DNA of 64,000 nucleotides, from contig JAGANQ010000068.1 in NCBI GenBank assembly GCA_017624115.1, positions 20,370 through 84,369 of the forward strand. The letters are read 5' to 3'. How positions within the stretch are numbered: position 1 is the stretch's first letter; the number at the start of each line of letters is the position of its first letter. Below, piece by piece: positions 36,661-45,575 of this stretch. The position numbers and the translations under genes are program-made. A model generated the notes under the pieces. That model was not told where the DNA came from. It saw only the letters and a list, made by a program, of their open reading frames with translations, and ran no database searches. Source of the stretch: Lachnospiraceae bacterium. GTDB taxonomy: Bacteria; Bacillota; Clostridia; Lachnospirales; Lachnospiraceae.

Positions 36661-36963
36661 TTAAATTTCGTAATCCATACACGTCCGTACCTGTGTATAA
36701 GGTCTTACAAAGGTATCTGCCACCTTCACATGCTCCGGGTGCACCGCATAGCCCTTCAATGCCTCCTCACTCTCCAGTGTGCTGTCCAGCATTACCTCTG
36801 CGTTAGAGCTTGCAAGCGGACTAATCTGAATCGTGATATCAAGCAGTCCCGGAACCTTCCCCTTAAGGCCCTCCAGCTCCTTTTTCATATTTTCCTTAAT
36901 CACTGATTTTTCAGCATCAGATAATTCCTCTTTTAATTTCCATAAAATCACGTGCTTTACCAT
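36661..36963 (-). CDS. Dabb (stress-responsive alpha/beta barrel) family protein
   Basis: MVKHVILWKLKEE...ALKGYAVHPEHVKV gives about 100 aa. The ATG at 36963 lies behind AAGGAG. Confidence 0.75.
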   Translation of the reverse strand: MVKHVILWKLKEELSDAEKSVIKENMKKELEGLKGKVPGLLDITIQISPLASSNAEVMLDSTLESEEALKGYAVHPEHVKVADTFVRPYTQVRTCMDYEI

Positions 36964-36997
36964 ATTTTGTCTCCTTTTCATCCATAATATAATTTTC

Positions 36998-39346
36998 CTA
37001 CAGTCTTCTCTCCACATCCTCAACGGAAGAGTATCCATACAGCTTTGCCGTATTGCTCATCGTTTCATAGGCAAGATTTTTTCCCTTCTGCATCAGCGAC
37101 GTGATAAATCTGCCATACAGGATAAAAGTCTGCTCCGAATACGTCCCCAGTTCACCGCGCAGATACGTTTCATAGGAGGTATCATATTCGCTGTCCTCAT
37201 AGGTGTGAATACTCCTTGCATTACCTGCCATTTTGGGATACTTTTCAGCAAATTCTTCCATCCACCCCACCTGAATCCGGATAATCTCTTCCTGAATCTC
37301 TTTTCTCTTCGCACTCAATTCTGGAAGCTGCCCACTGAATTCTGCATAACGCTCCGGCGCCGTGCTTTCCATCATGCGTGCATATTTCTCCATAATCAGG
37401 TTCCGTCCTCTGGTTTCCGCCTCCGTTAAGTCCTGATAATAGCTTTCAAGCAGCTCCATACTCCATGTCAGATACTGACTTTCCCTCATCAGGGAAAAGG
37501 TATTCCAGTCATCCTGACAATCTGCCCTGCCGCCTTCATTTTTCACCCTGTCAAACTGCTTCCACTCCAGCCGCACAATCTTATCTATCGTATCTTTCTG
37601 CCTTCCCTTCACGATTTCTCCACAGTACAGCTCCAGAAAAGCATCCTGCCCTGTCACCAGATTCTGTTTTCGAAGCTCCTCTAAGATGTCCTCTGCTATC
37701 TTCTCAAAGCCTCTAACGCATGCATCCTCCAGATTCAGCACACCTGCCTGGTAAGTTACATTCTCCCATACATCCTTCTGACTGTCAAGCAGTGCTATCC
37801 TGTCAATCTCCTCTGCCATACCAGTAAGAAGCGGAAGCTTTTCAAGTCCCTTTCTCTTCCACTTATAGTACGGTGCATACGTCCGGTTCAGCAGATACAC
37901 GATATCCATTGCACATTCCATGCCTCTGGCGACACAGAGCTGTGCAGTAGCGTAATCCTTTCTCGCCATCATGCGCGGATAATTGCTCTGTGCATACTGG
38001 GAAAATTCATGCAGTGACCGGGAAAGTCTGAGACGCCATATATCCTCGGGATAATAATTTAGCAGTTCATGTCTTATCGAGGAAAATTTTCCTTCATCAT
38101 CCCGAAAAACCTTTCCATTTACCGCTGCTGCAAGGCAATGCTCTTCAAGCCGCAGATAATCAAAACGGCATTTTTGTACATCCTCTCTCTCTATCTGCAG
38201 CAAATCAGCATAAAAATCATCAATAATGAACACACCACGGCGTTCCTCAAGAAACCTGTTTCGCCCATTATCATCTCCATGCTCCCTTATCAGCTCATCG
38301 TATGCTTCCTTAAGCTCCCTGCCAATCTTCACATAATCTTCTGCCTGAAGCCACATACAAAAGCCCAGTCCATAATCATGGTCTGACGAAATCTCATCAT
38401 CAAAGCCAAAACAGTCAGAGCCTTCTCCGACAAGTCCGACTGCAATCCGTTCTTCATACTCAGGGAACCTGTCATGTATCATTTGCTTTCCATACTGCTC
38501 GTAAAATACCCGGCAACGCTCCAGATTGCTTACCCACGCATTTTCTTTCAGCTGTGAAACGGCAAACTCATATTTTTCCCGTACCCTCACATAATTATCT
38601 GTTCTTCCGACATGCTTTTCGATTTCCTTCATACCGCGCGCATAATAATCTGCTGCTTCTTTAAAACGCTCCCGTCCAAGCTGTGCATCCCCCATTGCGG
38701 CAAGCGCTGCACCGTAATGGAAATCCTGTCCGCCGTCCCGCTCAAATATCTCCAGTGCTTCCATAAGATAGCGCATCGCAGCTTCATAATCCGCATCTGT
38801 TTTAAGCTGCAGCAATGTAGCAGCCAGATTGGTTCTGGTAATTGCCTGCTCTATTGCAGCCTGCTCATACTGATCCACAACAGCCAATGCTTTTAGAAGC
38901 ATCTCTCTGGCATTCTCAAAATCACCCATCTCCTGATATAAAAGACTCCAGTTATTATAAAGGCTTGCATATCCAAAATCATCCGGTTTCAGATTCACCC
39001 GGTAATTCTTCTCCGTAAGCTTATACAGCTCAAGTGATTCCTCATGCAGTCCGAATGCCCGGTACGCATTGGCGATGTTAAGAAGAGCTGTGGCATATTC
39101 AGGACGTCCTTCCAGCTTCATCTGTGTGAGCAGCTCCTTAAGCTGTTCACAATAATACAGCGCCTTGGCCTTCTGCGTTGTGTCACGGCACAACCCAATC
39201 ATTTCGTTGAGCAGCGTAAACTGTGCTCCCTTATCTGCTTCATTTTCCGCTTCCTTCAGTTTATCGGCAAGAAATTGTTCAATTTCAACTAATGACCTGT
39301 TTCCGAACATTCCGTCATATTCCGCAAGTACCTGTTGTATATTCAT
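36998..39346 (-). CDS. Large multidomain protein: N-terminal TPR, central nucleotidyltransferase-like (DUF4037-like) and C-terminal DUF4125-like region
   Basis: TPR-like repeats occupy aa 1 to about 270. GLVGEGSDCFGFDDEISSDHDYG is a pol-beta-type NTase-like motif. The C-terminal region reads WKQFDRVKNEGGRADCQDDWNTF. The ATG at 39346 follows AGGAGG. Confidence 0.55.
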   Translation of the reverse strand: MNIQQVLAEYDGMFGNRSLVEIEQFLADKLKEAENEADKGAQFTLLNEMIGLCRDTTQKAKALYYCEQLKELLTQMKLEGRPEYATALLNIANAYRAFGLHEESLELYKLTEKNYRVNLKPDDFGYASLYNNWSLLYQEMGDFENAREMLLKALAVVDQYEQAAIEQAITRTNLAATLLQLKTDADYEAAMRYLMEALEIFERDGGQDFHYGAALAAMGDAQLGRERFKEAADYYARGMKEIEKHVGRTDNYVRVREKYEFAVSQLKENAWVSNLERCRVFYEQYGKQMIHDRFPEYEERIAVGLVGEGSDCFGFDDEISSDHDYGLGFCMWLQAEDYVKIGRELKEAYDELIREHGDDNGRNRFLEERRGVFIIDDFYADLLQIEREDVQKCRFDYLRLEEHCLAAAVNGKVFRDDEGKFSSIRHELLNYYPEDIWRLRLSRSLHEFSQYAQSNYPRMMARKDYATAQLCVARGMECAMDIVYLLNRTYAPYYKWKRKGLEKLPLLTGMAEEIDRIALLDSQKDVWENVTYQAGVLNLEDACVRGFEKIAEDILEELRKQNLVTGQDAFLELYCGEIVKGRQKDTIDKIVRLEWKQFDRVKNEGGRADCQDDWNTFSLMRESQYLTWSMELLESYYQDLTEAETRGRNLIMEKYARMMESTAPERYAEFSGQLPELSAKRKEIQEEIIRIQVGWMEEFAEKYPKMAGNARSIHTYEDSEYDTSYETYLRGELGTYSEQTFILYGRFITSLMQKGKNLAYETMSNTAKLYGYSSVEDVERRL

Positions 39347-39377
39347 TCCATTTCCTCCTTCCGGCAAAGTTTTTCAG

Positions 39378-39406
39378 TTGTAATTCCCCCTTCCTTCTAG
39401 TATAAT
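39378..39406 (+). promoter_or_regulatory. Sigma-A promoter for the pectinesterase gene (TTGTAA-17-TATAAT)
   Basis: The sequence is TTGTAATTCCCCCTTCCTTCTAGTATAAT, about 50 nt upstream of the start. An AAAGGAG RBS lies at about 39445. Confidence 0.6.
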
Positions 39407-39458
39407 ATGATACATAAATATTTTCAAATTATTTCATATAAAGTAAAGGAGATTTGTT

Positions 39459-40427
39459 ATGATTACTGTTGCAAAAGATGGCTCCGGCGATTTTACCAGC
39501 GTACAGGAAGCTGTCAACTCTGTCTCAAAGGAGAATACCTCACCTGTCACAATCTTTATCAAATCCGGCACCTATACGGAGTGTCTTACCATTGACCGTC
39601 CATATATTACATTTGAGGGCGAGGAAGTAACCTCTACTATTCTGACCTTCGGCAATTATGCGAAAATGGTCATGGAGGATGGCTCCAACCGCGGAACCTT
39701 CCGTTCCTATTCTACTTTGATTGACACACATGATTTTACCGCTAAAAATATCACGTTTGAAAATTCTGCCGGTCCCGGTAAGCTTGTCGGTCAGGCTCTT
39801 GCAGCTTATGTGGACGGTGACCGTATTTATTTTGAGAACTGCCATTTTCTCGGCGACCAGGACACTCTCTTTACCGGTCCTCTGCCGCCTACCGTTTTAC
39901 AGAAGAATGGCTTTGTAGGTCCAAAAGAATTCGCTCCACGAATCAACGGAAGACATTTATACCGCAACTGCTTCATCTGTGGCGGTGTTGACTTCATTTT
40001 CGGAAGCTCAACCGCTTATTTTGACCATTGTGAAATCTATTCCAACCGCCATGAAGGTGCTGACGGTATTCAGGGCTATACTACCGCAGCTTCCACAGCA
40101 GAGGGTCAGGAATACGGATATGTTTTCGCTGACTGCAAATTCACCTCTGACTGCCCGCCGGAATCCGTTTACCTTGGACGTCCATGGAGAAACTTTGCCA
40201 AGACTGTTCTGATTAACTGCGAGTTAGGTGAACATATCTGCAAGGCTGGCTGGCATAACTGGAATAAGCCTGAAGCAGAAAGTACTACCTTCTATGCAGA
40301 GTATGAGTCCAAGGGGCCGGGCGCCGCACCTGAAAGCCGTGTGCCATGGTCACATCAGCTTACCGGCACGGAGGCTCTTCACTTCACCATGGACAAGGTA
40401 CTTGGTGACTGGAAGCCGCTGAATTAG
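39459..40427 (+). CDS. Pectinesterase (carbohydrate esterase family 8), no signal peptide
   Basis: ITVAKDGSGDFTSVQEAVNSV, GDQDTLF, VDFIFG and LGRPW are the pectin methylesterase signature motifs. Confidence 0.85.
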   Translation: MITVAKDGSGDFTSVQEAVNSVSKENTSPVTIFIKSGTYTECLTIDRPYITFEGEEVTSTILTFGNYAKMVMEDGSNRGTFRSYSTLIDTHDFTAKNITFENSAGPGKLVGQALAAYVDGDRIYFENCHFLGDQDTLFTGPLPPTVLQKNGFVGPKEFAPRINGRHLYRNCFICGGVDFIFGSSTAYFDHCEIYSNRHEGADGIQGYTTAASTAEGQEYGYVFADCKFTSDCPPESVYLGRPWRNFAKTVLINCELGEHICKAGWHNWNKPEAESTTFYAEYESKGPGAAPESRVPWSHQLTGTEALHFTMDKVLGDWKPLN

Positions 40428-40448
40428 ATTTTCTGTCTGTCAATCCAG

Positions 40449-40535
40449 AAATTAAAAACGGAGCTGCCACATTTCGCGTATCGGAAAGTCGTATTACGAT
40501 TTTTCAGCAATATCGAATGTGAAAAGCTCCATTTT
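40449..40535. terminator. Long imperfect inverted repeat, likely a bidirectional terminator between pectinesterase and uppP
   Basis: AAATTAAAAACGGAGCTGCCACATT pairs with AATGTGAAAAGCTCCATTTTTAATTT. T-runs follow the 3' arm in both orientations. Confidence 0.5.
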
Positions 40536-40560
40536 TAATTTTATTCACCTGCTTTAGCAG

Positions 40561-41418
40561 CTACTGCAGAAAGTAATAGCCCAGAACTACCGCTCCAAGC
40601 ACAATGCGGTACCAGCCAAATACCTTAAAATCGTGCTTCTTGATATAGTCCATGAGGAAGCGGATTACCAGCACAGACACAAGGAAGGCTGTTATCATTC
40701 CGACTATCAGCACAGCCGCTTCTGTAGCAGTAAAATCAAAGCCGAATTTTAAAAGCTTCAAAAGACTTGCTCCAAACATAACCGGAATTGCCAGGAAGAA
40801 GGTAAATTCCGCCGCAACCGTTCTCGAAACCCCGATTAAAAGTGCACCCAGTATCGTCGCACCGGAGCGTGAGGTTCCCGGAAATATCGCTGCAATCAAC
40901 TGAAACAAACCGATAAACAGCGCTGTCTGATATCCAAGCTGTGATAATTCTGTTATCTTCGCTTTCTTTTCCTTGTTCACATTTTCAATCCAGATAAATG
41001 CCACACCGAACACAATCAGCGCCAGTGCTACTGCGACATAATTATACAAATACTCCTCGCAGATTTCATCCAGCCCGAGCACTACAAACACAACTGCCGG
41101 CAGACAGGCTGCCACAATTTTAAACCACATATTCATAATATTCTTATCTACATAGGACAACAGTCCTGAGGTCTTGTAGCCTCTGCCTTTTTTCGCAGTA
41201 AAAGGAAATATCCTGTTCCAGAAAAGCACAACAACCGCCATAATTGCCCCCAACTGGATAACTACCTCAAACATTGAAAAAAATCCTTCCGACAATCCGG
41301 AAAATGACACAAAATTTTCCAGTAAAATCATATGCCCGGTACTGCTGATTGGCAGCCATTCTGTGATGCCTTCTACGATTCCGAAAAGAATCGCCTTTAA
41401 AATTTCTAAAAAATCCAT
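40561..41418 (-). CDS. uppP: Undecaprenyl-diphosphate phosphatase
   Basis: GIVEGITEWLPISSTGHM and PGTSRSGATI are the BacA/UppP signature motifs. The protein has about 8 TM segments. Confidence 0.9.
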   Translation of the reverse strand: MDFLEILKAILFGIVEGITEWLPISSTGHMILLENFVSFSGLSEGFFSMFEVVIQLGAIMAVVVLFWNRIFPFTAKKGRGYKTSGLLSYVDKNIMNMWFKIVAACLPAVVFVVLGLDEICEEYLYNYVAVALALIVFGVAFIWIENVNKEKKAKITELSQLGYQTALFIGLFQLIAAIFPGTSRSGATILGALLIGVSRTVAAEFTFFLAIPVMFGASLLKLLKFGFDFTATEAAVLIVGMITAFLVSVLVIRFLMDYIKKHDFKVFGWYRIVLGAVVLGYYFLQ

Positions 41419-41557
41419 ATCTGTCTCCTTTTTCTTTTCGCTTCTCTTGCGAAATACTTTCCTGCTGTGATAAACTTACTATATATATTACTTTTTTTCC
41501 AGTGTCATTTGTCATAACTTTTCTGATAATGAGGTGACACAGGATTTTGGAGGTCAC

Positions 41558-42040
41558 ATGGAAGCATTATCCCATCAGTTTGAACCAGTTTTCGATACAG
41601 AATCACGCATTTTAATACTTGGCACATTTCCCTCTGTCAAATCCAGAGAAATCAATTTTTATTACGGTCACCCGCAGAACCGTTTCTGGAAAGTGCTTGC
41701 CGCAGTGACAGAGGACACGCTTCCGGTTACAACTGAGGAAAAGAAAGCCTTTTTATTAAAGCATCATATTGCTGTCTGGGATGTCATTCAAAGCTGTGAA
41801 ATTGAAGGCTCCAGTGATGCGAGTATCCGTAACGTCACTGCTAATGACATCTCACGCATAACCGCTCACGCACCTGTCACTCATATCTATGCCAATGGCT
41901 CCAAGGCGTATGATTTATTTATGCGTTACTGTAAAAACCCTCAGCAGCTGCCAGTGGACAAGCTGCCCTCTACAAGTCCGGCAAATGCAGCCAGCTCCCT
42001 TGAGCGGCTGATTAAAGCATGGCGCTGTATCCTTTTATAA
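41558..42040 (+). CDS. DNA-deoxyinosine (hypoxanthine) glycosylase, UDG superfamily
   Basis: ILILGTFPSVKSRE..FYYGHPQNRFWKVLA and LPSTSPANA match the family. The ATG is at 41558; the ORF track starts at GTG 41534. Confidence 0.75.
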   Translation: MEALSHQFEPVFDTESRILILGTFPSVKSREINFYYGHPQNRFWKVLAAVTEDTLPVTTEEKKAFLLKHHIAVWDVIQSCEIEGSSDASIRNVTANDISRITAHAPVTHIYANGSKAYDLFMRYCKNPQQLPVDKLPSTSPANAASSLERLIKAWRCILL

Positions 42041-42064
42041 CCAGTACAGCAGTTCTTATTGTAC

Positions 42065-42104
42065 AAAAAGGGGCTCCACAGATTTTTTCCTGCGGTGCCC
42101 CTTT
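42065..42104 (-). terminator. Intrinsic terminator after aspartate kinase (weaker in the + direction)
   Basis: The minus strand reads AAAGGGGCACCGCAGG aaaaaat CTGTGGAGCCCCTTTTTGT. Confidence 0.7.
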
Positions 42105-42135
42105 AAGACGCCATGCGCCTCTTCTGCACACTATA

Positions 42136-43449
42136 TTACAGTCTTGCTGTTACAAAAATATCATAGATAGCCTTGATTGCTGTCTCAAAATCTTCGTCGC
42201 TGACTCCGATAATAATATTTAACTCACTGGAACCCTGGTCAATCATCTTAACATTAACGCGTGCATGTGCCAATGCAGAGAAAATTCTTCCTGCTGTTCC
42301 TCTTGTAGACTTCATTCCACGTCCCACAACAGCGATAAGCGCCATATCCGAAATAATCTCAATGCTGTCCGGCTGCACATTTCTGTGAAGTCCTGCAAGA
42401 ATCTCCTGCTCCTTTTTCTCAAACTCAGACTGCTGGATAATAACACCCATCGTATCAATACCTGATGGCATATGCTCAAAGGAGATACCGTTCTTCTCAA
42501 ATACCTCCAGAACCTTTCTTCCAAAGCCAAGCTCTGCATTCATCATATCCTTTTCAATGCTTACACTTGTAAAGCCTCTCTTGCCTGCAATACCGGTAAT
42601 TGTATACTCAGATTTCTTGGAAGTACTTTCCACAATCATCGTTCCCATATCTTCCGGCTTGTTTGTATTACGGATATTGATTGGAATGCCTTCTTTTCTT
42701 ACAGGGAATATGGCATCCTCATGCAGTACAGTAGCGCCCATATAAGAAAGCTCTCTCAGCTCGCGGTATGTGATAGTATTGATAACTGCCGGACTGTCAA
42801 TAATTCTCGGATCTGCTACCAGAAAACCTGATACATCCGTCCAGTTCTCATATAAATCAGCCTTTGCTGCCTTGGCTACAATAGAGCCGGTGATATCTGA
42901 GCCGCCTCTGGAAAATGTTTTAATCGTATCATTCGGCATAGAGCCATAAAATCCCGGAATAACTGCATATTCTACATCAGCCAGACGGTCACTCAGTACA
43001 CTGTTTGTCTTATCCGCATCAAAATTACCCTTTTCATCAAAGAAAATAACCTCGGCTGCATCAATAAACTCATAGCCAAGATAATTAGCAAGTACGATAC
43101 CGTTCAGATATTCACCACGGGAAGCTGCATAATCCCGTCCTGCCTTGCCGATAAAGCATGCTTCTATTGTCTCAAATTCCTTGTCAAGGGACAAATCAAG
43201 CTTTAATTCATCAATAATCTCATTGTAGCGCGCCTTAATTGCATCCAGCTTGCTATTCAAGTCCTCTCTTCTGGAAGAATAGCAGTCGTACAGCATATCT
43301 GTAACCTTTGTATCACTGGAAAACCGCTTTCCCGGTGCAGACGGAACAATATATCTTCTCGACTCATCTGCATGAATAATATCTGCCACCTTTTTAAACT
43401 GCTCAGCATTAGCCAAAGAGCTTCCGCCAAACTTCACTACCTTTAACAT
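42136..43449 (-). CDS. Aspartate kinase
   Basis: It has MLKVVKFGGSSLANAEQF, GGSDITGS and C-terminal ACT repeats. The ATG at 43449 lies behind GGAGGA; the ORF track extends to 43521. Confidence 0.9.
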   Translation of the reverse strand: MLKVVKFGGSSLANAEQFKKVADIIHADESRRYIVPSAPGKRFSSDTKVTDMLYDCYSSRREDLNSKLDAIKARYNEIIDELKLDLSLDKEFETIEACFIGKAGRDYAASRGEYLNGIVLANYLGYEFIDAAEVIFFDEKGNFDADKTNSVLSDRLADVEYAVIPGFYGSMPNDTIKTFSRGGSDITGSIVAKAAKADLYENWTDVSGFLVADPRIIDSPAVINTITYRELRELSYMGATVLHEDAIFPVRKEGIPINIRNTNKPEDMGTMIVESTSKKSEYTITGIAGKRGFTSVSIEKDMMNAELGFGRKVLEVFEKNGISFEHMPSGIDTMGVIIQQSEFEKKEQEILAGLHRNVQPDSIEIISDMALIAVVGRGMKSTRGTAGRIFSALAHARVNVKMIDQGSSELNIIIGVSDEDFETAIKAIYDIFVTARL

Positions 43450-43530
43450 TATCCTGTATCCTCCAACACTTTCTTTCAAATTCAGGAACGTCAGAACGTT
43501 CCTTCTGCAAAATGTAAACACTTAGGCACC

Positions 43531-43559
43531 ATTATACCTATTCTTTCTGATATTTTCAA
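43531..43559 (-). promoter_or_regulatory. Sigma-A promoter for aspartate kinase (TTGAAA-17-TATAAT)
   Basis: The minus strand reads TTGAAAATATCAGAAAGAATAGGTATAAT. The leader is about 75 nt and contains the hairpin AGGAACGT..ACGTTCCT (43484-43503). Confidence 0.65.
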
Positions 43560-43566
43560 GCACTTT

Positions 43567-43860
43567 TTACAGGAGATGTACCGGCAGGTCACACTGAATA
43601 TGAGAAATTACACGAAACTTCTCTTCCTGTATGGAATCCGGCTTCTTCACAGACGTTTTTGCTGCTGGTTTTTCAGCCGCTGTCTTCTTTGCTGCCGGCT
43701 TCTTCTCTGAAGGCTTCTTTGCCGTCGTCTTCTTCGGCGCCGATGCTTTCTTTGGTGTTTCTTCTTTTACAATCTCCTGTTCCATAACAGCGTCCTTCTC
43801 TGCTGCTTCCTGATTCTGTGACTTTACTGCTCTTGCGATGCTTCCCTTTCCTACTGGCAT
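43567..43860 (-). CDS. Small Lys/Ala/Pro-rich (histone-tail-like) protein, translationally coupled to the ParA-like gene
   Basis: The 97-aa protein has PKKASAPKKTTAKKPSEKKPAAKKTAAEKPAAKTSVKKP in the centre. It has a basic N-terminal peptide (MPVGKGSIARAVKS) and a distinct C-terminal motif (RVISHIQCDLPVHLL). It overlaps the upstream gene by 10 nt. Confidence 0.6.
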   Translation of the reverse strand: MPVGKGSIARAVKSQNQEAAEKDAVMEQEIVKEETPKKASAPKKTTAKKPSEKKPAAKKTAAEKPAAKTSVKKPDSIQEEKFRVISHIQCDLPVHLL

Positions 43861-44645
43861 TGTTCCATTACCTCCTTTGTTAATTCCATATATTCTTTTG
43901 CACTTCTGCTGCTCTTTTTATAAGCTGCAACCGGCTTTGAATTATCCTGCGACCACTCTATCGCGCTGTCCACACGGATATAAGACGAAAAAACATGAAC
44001 ATCCTCTCCTGCTTCCCGCAATGTTTCTATCGTCTGCTTCACATAATTCTTCCTCTCGTCCACCTTGGTGACTGCAATTCCCAGCAGTGAAAGCTGCGGC
44101 GACATTTCTTTTACTGTGTTCAAAAACTCAAACATATTTGCCAGACCAAACAGTCCCCACGGACTTGCTTCCACCGGAATAATCAGCCGGTCAGATGCAC
44201 ACAGAATGTTCATCACCCAGCCTCCCAGCGTAGGCGGTGCATCAATCAAAATATAATCATATGTGCCGGATTCCTTAATTCCTGCCAGAAGCTTCTTAAG
44301 GATAAATTCCCGCTGCCACCTGGTAAACAGCTCATACTCAATCGAACTCATCAGAGTGGAGGATGGTACTAAATCTAATCCCTCATACTCCGTCGGTACA
44401 ATATAATCTGCCAAATCCTTCTGGTTCTTAATCGCATAATAAAGGTTTTTTTCACTCTGTGCCATTGCAAGCACTTTATCCTCCGTAAAAAATGACAGGG
44501 ACAGATTTAGCTGCATGTCACCATCCACCAGAAGTACACGTTTTCCAAGCGCAGCCATGCCATAACCAACATTGGCACATGTGGTTGACTTGCCGCTTCC
44601 GCCCTTGTTATTGGCAAAACAGATTACTTTTGTTTCTTTCCCCAT
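43851..44645 (-). CDS. ParA/Soj/MinD-family P-loop ATPase (orphan, no ParB nearby)
   Basis: It has the deviant Walker A (NNKGGSGKSTT), VLLVDGDMQ and ILIDAPP (Walker B). Confidence 0.85.
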   Translation of the reverse strand: MGKETKVICFANNKGGSGKSTTCANVGYGMAALGKRVLLVDGDMQLNLSLSFFTEDKVLAMAQSEKNLYYAIKNQKDLADYIVPTEYEGLDLVPSSTLMSSIEYELFTRWQREFILKKLLAGIKESGTYDYILIDAPPTLGGWVMNILCASDRLIIPVEASPWGLFGLANMFEFLNTVKEMSPQLSLLGIAVTKVDERKNYVKQTIETLREAGEDVHVFSSYIRVDSAIEWSQDNSKPVAAYKKSSRSAKEYMELTKEVMEQCQ

Positions 44646-44671
44646 GTTTCTTACCTTCTTTCGGTTTTTTA

Positions 44672-45562
44672 TCAGGCGTACAGTTCACCCAGTGCTGCCA
44701 TAAAGCACTCCGCTGCCTGCGATAACGGCAGCTTTTCATTATAGGCAACAGCCAGCTGCCTTTTTCTGATTGTTTCCTTTGTCTCAAGCTTAAATAAATC
44801 CTCTCTGTCTTTTGGAATACAGTAATCCGGCACAAATGTGATGCCAAGCCCGATTCTTGCCAGATCCAGCAGTAAATCATTGCTGCTGATTTCTATTTCC
44901 GGTATCAGCTCAAGCTGATGCTTCTGAAATATCATATACAGATATTCACTGGTGGTACTTTTTCTGTCAAGCATCAATATCGGATAATTCTGTAATTCCT
45001 TCAGGGAAACCTGCCGGTTCTTTAGTTCACTGTACTTTTCCCCGGCAACAAAAACATCCTGGAACTCTTTTACTATCTTATAACGGTTCTCATTCATCAG
45101 TACTGAGTTTGGATAATTCACAACAATTAAATCCACCTGCCCATTGTCCAGAAGCTCCACACATCGGATAGATGTCTGATTCGTCACATTGATATGCACA
45201 TTTGGGTACTCTTTATGAAACCAGTTCAGATACGGTATCAGGTAATACCGGCATATTGTATCGCTGGCTCCTATTCTAAGCTGCCCGCCATTCAGGGAAT
45301 CCGCCTCCATGAGCTGTGCCTCACCGCGCTTAATCATATTCATCGCAGGCTCAATATACCTTAACAGAATTTCACCCTCTGGTGTAAGCTGCACCTTTTT
45401 TGTACTTCTCACAAATAGCGTACAGTTAAGCTTTTTCTCCAAAAGCTTTACCGACTGACTGACTGCCGACTGTGATATAAACAGCCTGTGTGAAGCCTCT
45501 GAAAAGCTTAAAAGCGATGCTACATAATAAAACACCTTGTAGAGCTCATAATTAACATCCAT
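44672..45562 (-). CDS. LysR-family transcriptional regulator
   Basis: The N-terminal wHTH is YELYKVFYYVASLLSFSEASHRLFISQSAVSQSVKLLEKKL, followed by a LysR substrate-binding-like C-terminus. The ATG is at 45562; the ORF track extends to 45700. Confidence 0.85.
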   Translation of the reverse strand: MDVNYELYKVFYYVASLLSFSEASHRLFISQSAVSQSVKLLEKKLNCTLFVRSTKKVQLTPEGEILLRYIEPAMNMIKRGEAQLMEADSLNGGQLRIGASDTICRYYLIPYLNWFHKEYPNVHINVTNQTSIRCVELLDNGQVDLIVVNYPNSVLMNENRYKIVKEFQDVFVAGEKYSELKNRQVSLKELQNYPILMLDRKSTTSEYLYMIFQKHQLELIPEIEISSNDLLLDLARIGLGITFVPDYCIPKDREDLFKLETKETIRKRQLAVAYNEKLPLSQAAECFMAALGELYA

Positions 45563-45575
45563 GCCGGTTTCCTTT

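Noticed and set aside
39459-40427. I considered whether the pectinesterase marks a polysaccharide utilisation locus.
   Set aside because: It is a single gene with its own promoter and terminator. It has no signal peptide, and no neighbouring transporters, lyases or regulators of pectin metabolism lie within the window.
40449-40535. I considered whether the long imperfect inverted repeat between pectinesterase and uppP is a small RNA gene or riboswitch.
   Set aside because: It lies between two convergent stop codons and has T-runs after the 3' arm in both orientations. No promoter faces into it. A bidirectional terminator is the simplest explanation.
43450-43566. I looked for a lysine riboswitch (L-box) or T-box leader upstream of aspartate kinase, and for similar elements upstream of thrC (60648-60708).
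   Set aside because: The leaders are only about 75 nt and 55 nt from the predicted -10 elements, too short for L-box or T-box structures. Only a small 8-bp hairpin (43484-43503) is present.
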